This document shows, piece after piece, positions 49,001-60,299 of a DNA stretch of 64,000 nucleotides. Under the pieces are notes generated by a model that saw only the letters and a program-made list of their open reading frames with translations, did no database searches and was not told the DNA's origin. The position numbers and the translations under genes are program-made. Origin of the DNA: Pavona decussata (lineage: Eukaryota); the NCBI GenBank assembly GCA_977016875.1, contig CDRNST010000004.1:1116001-1180000 (forward strand). Direction: 5' to 3'. Every line of letters begins with the position of its first letter. Position 1 is the first letter of the stretch.

Positions 49001-51839
49001 AACAAGTACCGCCCCCTAACGTCTTTATGGAAAATTAGCCAATCATTTTGCAAGCTACATTTTCTTCAGGTCACTTCCTGTGAAAATTTACTCACAGTTT
49101 TGCCGTACTCTCCTTCCAGAGTAATCAACTCTTTCACCATTTTGTTGGATATCTGTGGTGTTTGTTGTACGTGCACGTCAATTTTGTAATCTGCAATGAT
49201 TATGGGAAAAACAAAATGGGGACTGAAGCCGACCTCATCATGCAAAGCTGTTGGGCCGAAGCAGAAGCGGCTGAGGAGGGTAAAATTATAAGCGTTACGG
49301 AATTATCGGGGAACCACCGTATTAAACCGCATGTATTTTCTCAGTCAAATCAAAAATTCTTGCTACTCTTCATTTAGCCTGTGAACAGGCTCCCAAGTGG
49401 GGTATAGCTAGGGCGAAAAGAAAAATCGGCCAGCCGGGGAAGCGGAGAGCTTTTTGTCATCGCCCTATGCCCCACTTGGGAGCCTGTTCACAGGCTACTC
49501 TTCAGTCGAAAAGCCAGTGAATAAATCTATTCGCGCGAAATATTGTTGAAAATAGCGAAGTTTCGAAATTGCTCATCGAAAGTTCGGGTGAAAATTCGCT
49601 CTTGAAAACTCCCTTCTCTGGAAGATTTTAACACCTTTACCTACTTTAAAGTGTAGCATAAAGCTTTTGTCTTCTTTTATGTCAGTGTCGTACTCGAACA
49701 AACGCAACTTCTTCCACTAAATACAGGACATTCGAAGTGCAAGAACATGAGGGATTCAAGACTATAGACAGACCGTTCGCGCAAATATCACAACGGGTGG
49801 TTACACCAGCAGCAATATGCTGTTAATCAAAGTAAAATTTAACTTCCGGTGGAAATCGCTTACGTCCCAATTTCTCGGCAAATACTCACTCTTTTTCGAA
49901 AATTCTTTTTTTGTTTGTAAGAACTTACTGGGAAGTTTATTTTTATCTAAAAAAATGAAAATCCAAAAATTTTCTCTCTGAAGGTACACGGTAACTTTTA
50001 CTTTAAGAAAACAGCAAAGCAGCAGGGATCAAATCAATTAGCACTCCCACAGATCAAACATCTTATGCAGTGAACCATTACTCCACTGCACCTTTACATG
50101 TTTATCTCAATCTCAAAACATAGTTTTCTTTGGCTGTGCTGGCTGGCAAACTATATAAGTTTGTTTTTCCCGTTGTGATCTTTTTCTTTTTTTTTCTTTG
50201 AAGAGGTGGGTAAGCAGGTCTACCGATCGGTGTATTTCACAAATATTTTTGCCCAGGTTTTGGATAATTTCAGAGTAAAATTGTAATTGGCTTTGGAGAT
50301 CCTGCAAATGCAGCGGATTGTGGATTTATCGATTTTTTTCAGTCCCGGATTTTGGTTTTTGCCGATTATAAAATTCGGATCATGGATCTCTCCATTTTTT
50401 TCTCTATGTTTTCATGGCCGAAACATTGGATTGATTGTTGATTACATTCTTGTTCTTAATCCCTGAGAAACTTTGCTAAAACATAACCAGTACAAGGTAA
50501 CTGTTAAAAAATAATTTGTGGATTCGGATTTGAGTAAATTTTTTTACAGATCGATGGATTTGGGTGTTAAATTATAATAGACTGGCGGATTTGCGTACCC
50601 CTATTCAAACCCCTCTTTGAAGGTAAGCAAAATATGGATTTAGTTAAACTCTTTCCATCAGTACTAAGACCTGACAGGCTCTCTAAATGTTAGTCACTTC
50701 ATTGAGAGACAAGCTTTGTCTGTACAACAATTAAGAAAAATTTTTCCCCATCCCCCAACTGACCCATGTTTTTTATTTCAAAATGTTATGGTTTGTTTCT
50801 AAGGTAACCTTTATATACGTTTTAAGTGTTAACTAAAATAACTCTGACATCCCTATACCATATAACCCTCATAACCACAACTTCAAACACCTTTTAGAGT
50901 CTTGGGAAAGATAAACAAGAAATACTCCAGATTATTTGTTGTCTACATGTATTAATCTTTTTTTCTAAATATTACAATAAAAAATTGCCATTCCACAAAT
51001 GGGTTGATCATCTGTAGCAAACAGGGGTGTTTTCAGTTCACATTAATCTGGTAGCATTAGTGAATTCTCCAAAATGTTAATTAAAAAAATAAGAACCAAT
51101 GTATGGGGTATAAACTCAGGGAAATGAATTCAAAATTGGCACATATCTTTTCACAAAACCCTTTTCCACCAAAATTTATTTAATTACCGGCCCTCTTTCC
51201 TCTCTCATAGTAATACTTTAAAACGTAAGCCTATATTTGTTGATTGTTAATTAGCATTTTGGAGGTCACGTCCCAAGCATGCACATGTACATGTACATTG
51301 TAACTTATAATTTGAATTAAATTTTAAACTCACTTGAGATGCCATGGATGAATCTGCACGTACAAGACTGAGCCATGGTTCACACAGAACTCCTCCAAAG
51401 TATTGTACAATATTGTCAGCCCTTTATTGACAAAACACGACAAGTCAACCACACGAAGAAATAAACTCTCGGCAGGCAGACCCAAAATGGTAGACAATTG
51501 CTTCCTCAAATCAAAAATCCTTGCGGAATTTCCCCCTTCCGGGATAATGCTAAGAACTTGCCCAGTTTCCGTTACCACCTTGATGTAAAATAAAGTCGAG
51601 TTATTCTCTTTGCACGATAAATTGACGATAGTTTTCGGCTTTAACAAGTCCCCCAAACAAATGTGACTGCCATTTTTAACTTCCACCTTCGATCCATTTT
51701 GAGAAATATGGAGAATTTGAGCGGAAACTGGCAGCGAAGTCGCCTGGGAAATCTTCTCTTTTAGGCTTTCCACGGTATCCAAAGGAGTCACTTCAACCGC
51801 AATCCTCTTTGCATTTAACAAATCCACGAAAACTTGCAT
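30761..51839 (-). CDS. Roco-family protein Ubl-Ubl-SH2-Ubl-SH2-Roc-COR-Cys/His-rich-Death, 13 exons, 4002-nt CDS (about 1333 aa)
   Basis: Exons 51839-51334, 47044-46925, 46273-46171, 43483-43381, 42271-41983, 41122-40997, 40022-39920, 36586-36514, 36194-35676, 35103-33642, 33051-32790, 32061-32037, 31071-30761. All introns are GT-AG with matching phases (2,2,0,1,2,2,0,1,1,2,0,1), and the frame is open from ATG to TAA. Confidence 0.85.
32230..32690 (-). mobile_element. Degenerate non-LTR retrotransposon (CR1/L2-like) reverse-transcriptase fragment in intron 11 of the Roco gene
   Basis: [22 protein letters not shown]...RYVHDTNL is a decayed [22 protein letters not shown]...YADDT motif. Confidence 0.75.
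33370..33600. mobile_element. tRNA-derived SINE-like repeat present as a divergent inverted pair; relatives at about 45430-45820, 53910-54035 and 15830-16330
   Basis: tagctcagtggtagagcatccgaact...aaggtc.taggttcgactcct (A-box/B-box-like) on both strands; too degenerate to be a functional tRNA. Confidence 0.65.
33642..36194 (-). CDS. Roco gene exons 9-10: Roc GTPase and COR domain
   Basis: G1 [10 protein letters not shown]2 STQGVE, G3 WDFSGQ, G4 GTHADK, G5-like VDN. COR motifs [44 protein letters not shown]. Confidence 0.92.
36514..42271 (-). CDS. Roco gene exons 5-8: Ubl-3 and SH2-2
   Basis: Ubl: [14 protein letters not shown]...[28 protein letters not shown]...[21 protein letters not shown]2: WYIGKMS...[30 protein letters not shown]...[19 protein letters not shown]...LTRPV. 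Confidence 0.85.
43381..51839 (-). CDS. Roco gene exons 1-4: tandem Ubl-1/Ubl-2 and SH2-1
   Basis: Ubiquitin-like start [43 protein letters not shown]; second Ubl ending [11 protein letters not shown]2: [13 protein letters not shown]...[30 protein letters not shown]...[19 protein letters not shown]...LTEPV. Confidence 0.85.
43553..44285. repeat. Near-perfect 365-bp tandem duplication in Roco intron 3
   Basis: 43553-43917 is repeated from 43918; the only visible difference is poly-A length. Confidence 0.9.
48435..49996. mobile_element. About 1.56-kb non-autonomous TIR element at a TTAA-like site (Kolobok/piggyBac-like)
   Basis: TTAA|GGTTACCGTGTACCTTCA ... TGAAGGTACACGGTAACT|TTTA; no transposase ORF. 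Confidence 0.65.
49375..49497. mobile_element. TAG...CTA-ended MITE with 9-bp TSD (AcademH-like), nested in the previous element
   Basis: CTCTTCATT|TAGCCTGTGAACAGGCTCCCAAGTGGGG ... CCCCACTTGGGAGCCTGTTCACAGGCTA|CTCTTCAGT. Confidence 0.75.
50203..50615. mobile_element. MITE with GAGG...CCTC termini and 6-bp TSD TTTGAA
   Basis: TTTGAA|GAGGTGGG ... AAACCCCTC|TTTGAA. Confidence 0.65.
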
Positions 51840-53044
51840 CTTGTCAGTTGCGTTGCAGACTCAGTGCAGACTCATTCATTCAATCGTTCCACGTTGTATT
51901 AAATTAAACTAAAGTTCTGAAGGCTGCCACTCTTTCCCACAGGTGGAGAAGAAGCAAAGAAAAAAATCAAGAGACAAAATATAAAACATTTCGGCACATC
52001 TGGATTTCCGCATACTATGCTAAATCACAAGATACATGCTGATGATCGATATCGTTTCGCCATCTTCCAAGGCCAACCGCGTCAAGCTTCTCCATGACGT
52101 CATTCAGTGTCAGGTGCCTTCCGGAACTCGTCACACCATTGGAGGGTACACCTGTCACGTACTGTTATATTTTTTATTGATACATAATTTTTATCTCACA
52201 GTTTATGTCTTGCGTGATGTAGTCCCTTTGCAGGACTATAAAATTTTTAACAAAAGATGAATAAGAGAGAATAAATTTGCATAAGTTTTTTATAACATAA
52301 AAGTCCCAGTATCAGCCCGTTCCTCACCCCCCCCCCCCCCCGGCCAAAGAAAAAGATGGCCCAAATGGGCCATAGACAACCTACCCCATTTTTGGAGTTC
52401 ATTGAATAGGAAAAAGTGTGCTATGTAAGCTATTTAGGTATGTGCAGCGCCAAAGGGTATGATTTTTGAAGCGTTTTGGTCTGAAATTAATAGGGTATAG
52501 ATTTTAGTCTGAAAGGCTGGAAACGGGTGTAGATTCTAGAGACCTGGCCCTGGTTGTTAAAAGAGCGGACAACTCTATCTGAGTGGATAAACGTACTCCA
52601 ACCAATCGCTGGATAGCGATTTATCCGGTAGAGGTAGAGGTATCCGCTCTTAGAAAAAGTGGTGCCAGATCTAGAGCCAGGTACCACCAGCCCATGGTTC
52701 GAAATAGGATCAGGGTTTGGAGAACAGCAAATAATCTAAAAAAAAAGAGCAAGGCTGATTTCACGGTCAGGGAAGTATACAGCTACACACCCCCAGCAAA
52801 ATCAGAGGAGTACCCCACCTTTCCCCTCCTCCCCCCCTCGCCCCCCCCCCCCCCCCCCCTGCACACAGTTGATCTAGAGCCAGTTAAAAACCGTTTCGCG
52901 TGTTTCCCTCCTTTGAGTCGACTTGAGCCTGCGATGGACATTTCAGGGAAAAAGGTACACATCATAACGACATCATGTATGGGGACACAAATTGTACCGA
53001 TAAGAGCTTGTGATACGTACATCTGGATGGTGTGGACAAGAAAT
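51840..53044. promoter_or_regulatory. Divergent (bidirectional) promoter region between the Roco gene and SFT2D3
   Basis: The two ATGs are 1.2 kb apart on opposite strands. Full CRE TGACGTCA at 52095-52102, YY1-like CGCCATCTT at about 52058 and ETS/STAT-like TTCCGGAA at about 52119. Confidence 0.5.
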
Positions 53045-56000
53045 ATGGATTTGGACAGCAAAATTTCTGCTCTAAAAGATTTTGCCTCGTTTGGATCTTC
53101 GTCCAAAAATGGCTCGTCTTCATCGCGAAGTAATCAGAGTACTCAAAATTCTAACTCATCCTCACAAAATGGATGGGGAAATTGGTTTGCAAAAGGAGAA
53201 AAGGACCCAATTTTGCCGTCTCTTGTAAGTTTGTCTTTAGGCTACATGCTTAAATATTCCTGGTTATTTGGTCGTTTCTTGTCTACCAGAGTAAAGTTAA
53301 CAGCTATTGTTATGTCTAAGAAAATGGTGGTGGTGTTGTGAAAAACCTAGTGTACAGAAGTGTACTCTCATTCCCTCAAGAATACTTCTGTAATTATAAT
53401 TTGCAAAAATAATTGAAAAATGTACCCCCCCCCCTCCCCACGCAGGCTGATTCCCGAAACCTCCTATTCTTACTACCCCAACCCCTGTATTTTGGAACAT
53501 TATTAATCTGGAAATTCTGTGGGGTCTAAGTTGCCTCTCTTAACATTCTGTAACTACTTTGAGGTAATTTTAAAATATTAGAACTGTCGTTCTTTTCTAA
53601 TTCATTCATTTAATAAGACAAGTTATGGACCTGGGTTATGGGCAGCCTCTGCCTGGTACTGATTGGATAATTCATAAGGTCCAGGGTACAAGGTTTGGCC
53701 AGACTTGATGTTAGGGATTTGTGACAAATGTCTTACATACTTCTAGGATTTGAATGTTGATGAGTGATAAATCAAAATGTGAAAGAGATGTGATGTTCAC
53801 CAGGTTTAAAACATAACATCGCTTTTCTTTCACACATACCAATCGTCAACATTCAATCCCAGCAGTATGCAGGGTGTCTGTCACATGAGCCTAGTTTAAT
53901 GGCTAGCTACCATGAGTCTCCTGTAACTCAGTGGTAGAATATCTGAACTTGGAATTCAGAAGGTCTTAGGTTCGACTCCTGTTGGGAGATATTTTTGGAT
54001 TTTGTTTTTCCTTAGGATGCTTGTGTCACTGATTGAAAAATTCATCTATCATTTATTCACAAGGCTAATCTTTTATTGAACATAACATCACATTTCTTTC
54101 AGAATGAAACTTCTTTACTTCACTTAATTTGTAATTGCAAAATTATAAGGAAAATGCACCCCCCACCAATATACCTCTGATCACTTTCAAATAATTTTGG
54201 AAATTATACTCTCTCCCTAAAAACACCATCCTCTCCTGGAAAAAATTAGTCTCTTAGGTTTAAACTAGATTTTGTTTTTATGTTTTGATGCAGACACGAA
54301 CTCAAAGAATCACAGGATTTTTTATGTGCCTATTAATGGGAGTTTTCTGTTTTGTTATGGTAAGCCTAAGTTCATTTAAAGGTAATATTATTTTAATTAG
54401 TACAATAATGTTAATTTTGTTGACAGGCCTGAGTGGAGACCAACTTGTTCTTTAATCATAATAAGCTATTAGCAAAATGCAAGTAAAATTATGAGATAAT
54501 TGCAGACTTACATGTAATTAGGGAGCACTTAAGTGCTGTTTCCAATTGTGACGACAAAATCTGAGCAACAAGAAACCCATTTAAGCAGTCCATTTCCATG
54601 GTCCATTTGTGTGGCTCTAGAAAAATATCCATAGTAGTTACTACTACAAGAGAATTTCATTTAGGACTCCTATCTTCCTGGTTTCTATTTTTCAAGGAAA
54701 TGATGACCTCCCCTCCCAACCCACCCCTTTGAATTCTTCACAACTTAGAAGAGATTGACTCCATCTGGAAATAGTTAGCTAAAGTAAATTCTCCAAAACC
54801 AAGGTTGTCTTCAGTTATGTGTTGTTGCCGTTTATTAGCGATCATGCAATCTTAACCAATAAGGGAAGTGGTCAAGACTTCTATACTTGAACAGGACCCA
54901 CCAAACCACAAATTGATAGATGGTGGTCTCTTCATCCACCCTCTTCCTTAACCTCAAAAGATGGTGTTTTTATTGCATATCAACCCCTTTATCTACTGTA
55001 GAAGGAAAATTGACAGTGAGATTCAAACCTCACTTTTCTTGTGTATCTAGCAATACAGACTCTTGCTAGTTGAATATATATGTGTCAATAACTCAAATTA
55101 AAACAAATCAAATTTTGTTGGTAATCTTCACGAGATAGGTCGCATGTTTTTGATAACCCCCCCTCACCCCAGACAAGGTGAGTCCTCATCGAACAAACTT
55201 GTTATGACCAGTTCCCTAAGGGGTAAATGTGCACTCATTAAGGCAAAATACAGGATATAGCAATTGTCTCTAAATGAAACAGATAAACTAGAAGTTTCAT
55301 CTGTCAAATAACCTTGACATTACGTTTGTCATTTGTTTTAAACACAAATAGAGGATTGCCTTGAATGGCCATGGTGGACATCAATAAAATTTTACTGCCA
55401 TTTCCGGCATTGTGAACAAAATAAATTTTTGACACAAAATTAAGGGCAAATGGAAAATGACACTTGACAGGGTAAATCCCTCAAAATGCCTATTAAATTT
55501 CCATTACATGTACCTGCTGTTTTGAATCAAAATTGACAAAACAGTTGATGGCATAAATTTACAGTTGAATTTTTGAACTAAAATGTAATTATGTACTTTT
55601 CATGACATTTGCTGGAGATACAAGTACAAAACCTGTAGTGTTCTCGTTATTCCTTTAATATAAATTAAAGAATACAAAAGGCCACACAAAGCATTATCTT
55701 AATATTCTTGTGTGGTTACTGTAATTGTCCACTTATTGTTAACGAGTGTTTTATTCCTTTAAGCTGTGTTCCAGGTTTACTTGTTATGTTTACTTGTTAT
55801 GTATGTTTATTTGACTTTAGGCTAGCTTTGTTGCACCTTTCATGATCTTAAAGGCACGCAAATTTGTGCTTCTTTACACGATGGGCAGTTTGTTCACAAT
55901 AGGAAGGTAATGTACTGCATCCATGTTGTTTGATAACCACAATCAGCTGTCATTAGCAGCCAGAGACCTTCTAGTCATTAATTGTGAGACTGAGAAGCCA

Positions 56001-58966
56001 CATTCATCTGATTCAATGACTGTGGGCTTTGTGTCTCATTTGAAAAATCTTCAACAGACACATAGTAGGATCTCATGATGCTTAGTTTGGCCATCGTTAC
56101 ATATTTGAATTAACAAACATAATTATCCTGGTGATAGAATATATCATTTTGAAATTATGGTCAAATTTGACTCCTCTGCACCCAGTGAGTTTGACATGAC
56201 TAAAAGACGCCTTATAAGCATTTAGTTGCCAATTTGTGCCTGTTGAATGTTAACCAAGATTGTACAGAATAGTCCATTTTACAGTTGCATGCTTCGTGAC
56301 CTGGCCTTTGATAGAGACCTCACTCCTTTTCATATGTTAATCAGTTTTCTCTTATGCAAACCATACATTTACACACAAAAAGACCAACATTTGTATGTTT
56401 CTTCTGCAACCCCTCACCTTAAATTACTTGACAACTAGAGAGGTCTTTCTCATTGTTTTATGATGTTTATTACGTTTGCAGCATTTTGCTGTCTACATTC
56501 ATGAAGCTCACAATCTGAGCATGGAATCTGTGTTGACAATATTGTCACCACGATGTCCTTTGCTGAACTGGGTTTTGGCTGGCATGGCTGCATATAATCT
56601 GACAATGACAATCCTAAGCAAAAAGGAGTTTGGGGAGGGGGATTGTTTTCATTCGTTATATACCTAGACTGTCACTCAACAAAACCAGCAAGTTGTGATT
56701 GGTTAATGTTTGGTCATGTGCCCCTGATCAAATACAAATGCATCCCGACCGGGATATTCCTGCAGTTGTTGCCCTCTCAGTTGTTTGTTTGTTTGTTTGT
56801 TTTGCTGTGATTGTTGAAGGGAAAGTCTAATATATAACAAACCACTTAATGTATCCATGGTTCCTCGGGAAACTAGTTAGTTTTGTTTTCCCTCGAGTCC
56901 TGATGTTTCCCGAGACAAAGTCTTGGGAAACATCAGGACTCTCGGAAAAACAAAACTAACTGTTATATTTGAACGGGTTCAAGTGATCATTTTTCAAGGT
57001 TTGACAAGTTTATTTTTTATGCTGTATTTCAGTTTTTCTTTATTGTGGGGTCCTGTTAATCATGTCAAGCATTTATGTTCCTTTGGAAGACTTCCCTTTA
57101 CTGCTGCTTATTTTGGTTCAATGTTTGCTACACTCTACATGGCCATGATTGTAAGTACATGTAAATTATTCCAATGCATTTATTCACATATTTAAAGCTT
57201 TGAAATTTGCCTTGTAATATCTCCTGGCCTTTTTCCCATTCCTAGAGAAACAGTGTTAGTCAAATCAAGTATTATAAATGGACATCCTCACAATGGTTGT
57301 GGTCACAGTGCAGGGTTTAATCATGCTTGTCCTAAAATTCATGTGTAAACCCTAAAAATGCCCATTTTGAGATTGCACAGACAGTGATGTTAAATTGACA
57401 CCAAAAGCAGCCATCTATCTAAAGTATGTACATGTAACAAAGGAGCGTAAGCAGATATTTTGTATTAAGATCTTACTATACATTGCCAGAGGCCCAGTGA
57501 AAAGCTTTAATAAACATCGATATCATTTGTCCTTTTTTTGTTTAAAAGACAATTTTTGGTCTCATTGAAGCCTAGTGGAAACTTAAATGATGTACTGTAT
57601 TGAAAACAAGTTAGCTTTCAGGATCTGATACTGTAGTTTGATACTTTAACTTTTTTCCTCATCTATTCAAGAACAAAAATATGTTAGCAGTGCAAGAAAT
57701 CATTTCCGCAAGTTGTATCTTTGCTCCTAATTTCTGTGATGTTTGATTTCAGGTAAAAAGCACAATTCTAACGGCAGTTTGTGCTGTGGTACAAATCCTA
57801 GCTCTGATATGGTGAGTTGTTATGTCAGTCAGTACACCTGAGGTTTCAGAATCAGAAAGAATTTAGTGCAGTCTAAACTTTTCCTTGAAGTGCAACTCTG
57901 TGCGTCACTGTAATAATTACAGTGACGCACAGAGTTATTAATGCATCTGTTTGAGCTAAGATGACAAGAAACGTAAAATCCACTATCAGACTGACAAAAA
58001 AAAAATTATAGGTCGGACTTTTTGTAACTCCATAGACTTATTGTAACTCAAGGCAGTCCAAATGGTTGGCACGTAACCAACATATCACAGCCAACCCAAA
58101 TGACTGTCACTTAATTTGACAGGCCACAGGGAACCCAATTTGCTGCCTCTAACTCCACATACCGCAGGTAGCTCAAATGGATGGCACTTAACTCTGCGTA
58201 CAGTGGCGGTTAAAAGTACATTGTAAGTTGACAGTGTCCTTTGAGTTGCAATCCTCAACTCAAACTTGATAGTCAAAGCTCACAAATATTAAAGGTTGAG
58301 GCTCAATCATCACTGAATAATCAAGTCAAGCAAAGGATCTTGTGAGTTCAAGAACACGTATGAGCTTGTCACCTGACCGGTTCCTCCATAAACTTAATTA
58401 CAACTAATTACATCTCACAGCTCCTTTAAAATGAAGTATAAGAGCAACAATAAATTACAGGATAAAGAATGTTTCTAAACATTTTAAATGTCATGTTGCA
58501 ACTGAACAGATGCTTATAGCACCCAATTTGTTGAAAGATGGAGGCTAACTGGCTTACAGTTTAACCGGCTTTTGGATTTTTTTAGTTGTTGTAGATGCCT
58601 GGTGATGACTTTTTTCCATAATTTTCCAAAAACAGTACAATACTGGTTCAGTAAACTACATATGGTCTTGGTTTGATTTTTATCACAGTAAATGCCTCTG
58701 CCATAAGAACAGCATATACCATATTGATTAACCTTCCATAGACATTGAATATACAGTGTAACAGAATATAATATTGAACGCAACATTTTTAGAGTGTAGT
58801 CCCCATGGGATGAGTAGGTGTTTGTTGCCCCCAGCTTTACTGGTTTCAATTATTTTTCAGGTACTTTGTCAGTTACATTCCAGGAGGTACTACAGGCATG
58901 AAGTTCTTTACGAAGCTTTTCTCATCTGCTGTCACAAAGACAGTTTCTAGCACTCTTCCTGTCTAG
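53045..58966 (+). CDS. SFT2D3: Vesicle transport protein SFT2C-like (Got1/Sft2 family), 6 exons, 204 aa
   Basis: Exons 53045-53224, 54294-54359, 55821-55906, 57033-57150, 57753-57811, 58861-58966. Translation LPSLTRTQRITGFFMCLLMG...KARKFVLLYTMGSLF...SFSLLWGPVNHVKHL...RLPFTAAYFGSMFATLY...QILALIWYFVSYIPGG...LPV*; four hydrophobic segments. Confidence 0.88.
57894..57936. repeat. Perfect 21-bp inverted repeat with 1-nt spacer
   Basis: AACTCTGTGCGTCACTGTAAT-A-ATTACAGTGACGCACAGAGTT. Confidence 0.9.
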
Positions 58967-60299
58967 TAGCAATGAACAGTGGAAAAGTGGCTTCTGTCTT
59001 AGCAGTCCTTGGTGCTATCAAGGTAGTCAATCTCCTTAACAGGGACAAGTGGCTTGTTAATCTGTTGATCTACCATTGCAAATACAGTAGAGCAGTTCAG
59101 GTCAATAGAGTGGGATTAAATCATGCAAGGCTTGGAATCAGAAATATCCTGTCTAAACAGGGGAGGCCGTGGCAAGCTAGATCTACTTTAATAACATCAC
59201 ATGTATAAGAACTAGAGGAGCTTAGACATCAGCATCTCTTGAAATGGTTTGTTCATCCATCATCGTAAACATCCAGACAGCTGAGCACGAACGGATAGTG
59301 GGAAGTGTGGGAGTTGCTCATATTAGTGACAGCGAGAGAGGGATCTTTTAATGCACGAAAATGGGCTTTTTGGGGGGTAACAGTTAAAGCCTCAGGCCTC
59401 TTTTTGGGTCTAAAAAACTTGGCCTCCTGTTTCACGAAATCATTTATATACCAGAGGATCCGCCTGGAAAGGTAAGGCAGACTGATGGCAGCTGTTTGTC
59501 AAGTCAGCTGGGATGTTTTGACTGTCAGTGAATGTAAGGTTCAGAAGTGACTACTCCCTATAAGCAGGGTTGCCGCTCTACTGCGTGGTAATAAACTGTT
59601 GTGGATAGCTGTGATGAGAAGACATAAAAATGTTAATGGTCTATATATTATTAGACGAATTTCTGAACGCAATACAGTAGAAAATATAGAGCGTAAGGAA
59701 TATTTATTACCTATTATTTGAGAAGCAAAAGTTTAAAAATGCAGAACACCATTATGGTGGGAGCAGTATTATACATAGTGTAATATAGTGTAGGCGCCAC
59801 CCAAATAGATACCGGCTGGTAATCCAAAACAAAAGGTCTGGGCCCTGTTGCGCAAAGCCCGGTTAAGCTAATCCTGGGTTAACGTAAACTTTGATTCAAG
59901 TTTAATGACTAATCAGTAGATTCTTCCAAAAGATTTTTATCCTTTAGTTTTGACTTAGACTTTTCTTTACCGTTAGCTTAAAATTAGCGAGATGAAAATC
60001 TGGATAATTTTTAATTGAGGGTTAGCGTTAATCGGCTTTCGAACAACCGGGCCCTGGATAGCAGCAGACAAGGTAATAATATGCTTAGCAACCTTGCGTT
60101 TGAGTGGAAGCCCGGCTGGAGTTGACTTTGATCGGTGCTTTTCAGATGTAAATGCAAACTAGTGAGCATAAGAACGACATGATTTTCATATGAAGAGCAC
60201 TGAGGTTTGTATCAAAAAGTTAACTCCAGCCTCGATACCACTCAAAGGCCAGGTCCATAAGCACACAGCGGAAGGGCTGAGAGTATAACCGACCCAAAC

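Noticed and set aside
51330-51839. Stand-alone 169-aa di-ubiquitin-like gene
   Set aside because: The stop lies inside a consensus donor (AA|gtgagt) whose phase matches the SH2 exon at 47044, and there is no Gly-Gly; treated as exon 1 of the Roco gene.
52583-53341. 252-aa ORF with a poly-Pro tract
   Set aside because: The upstream part runs through MITE sequence and C-runs; only 53045-53224 is SFT2D3 exon 1.
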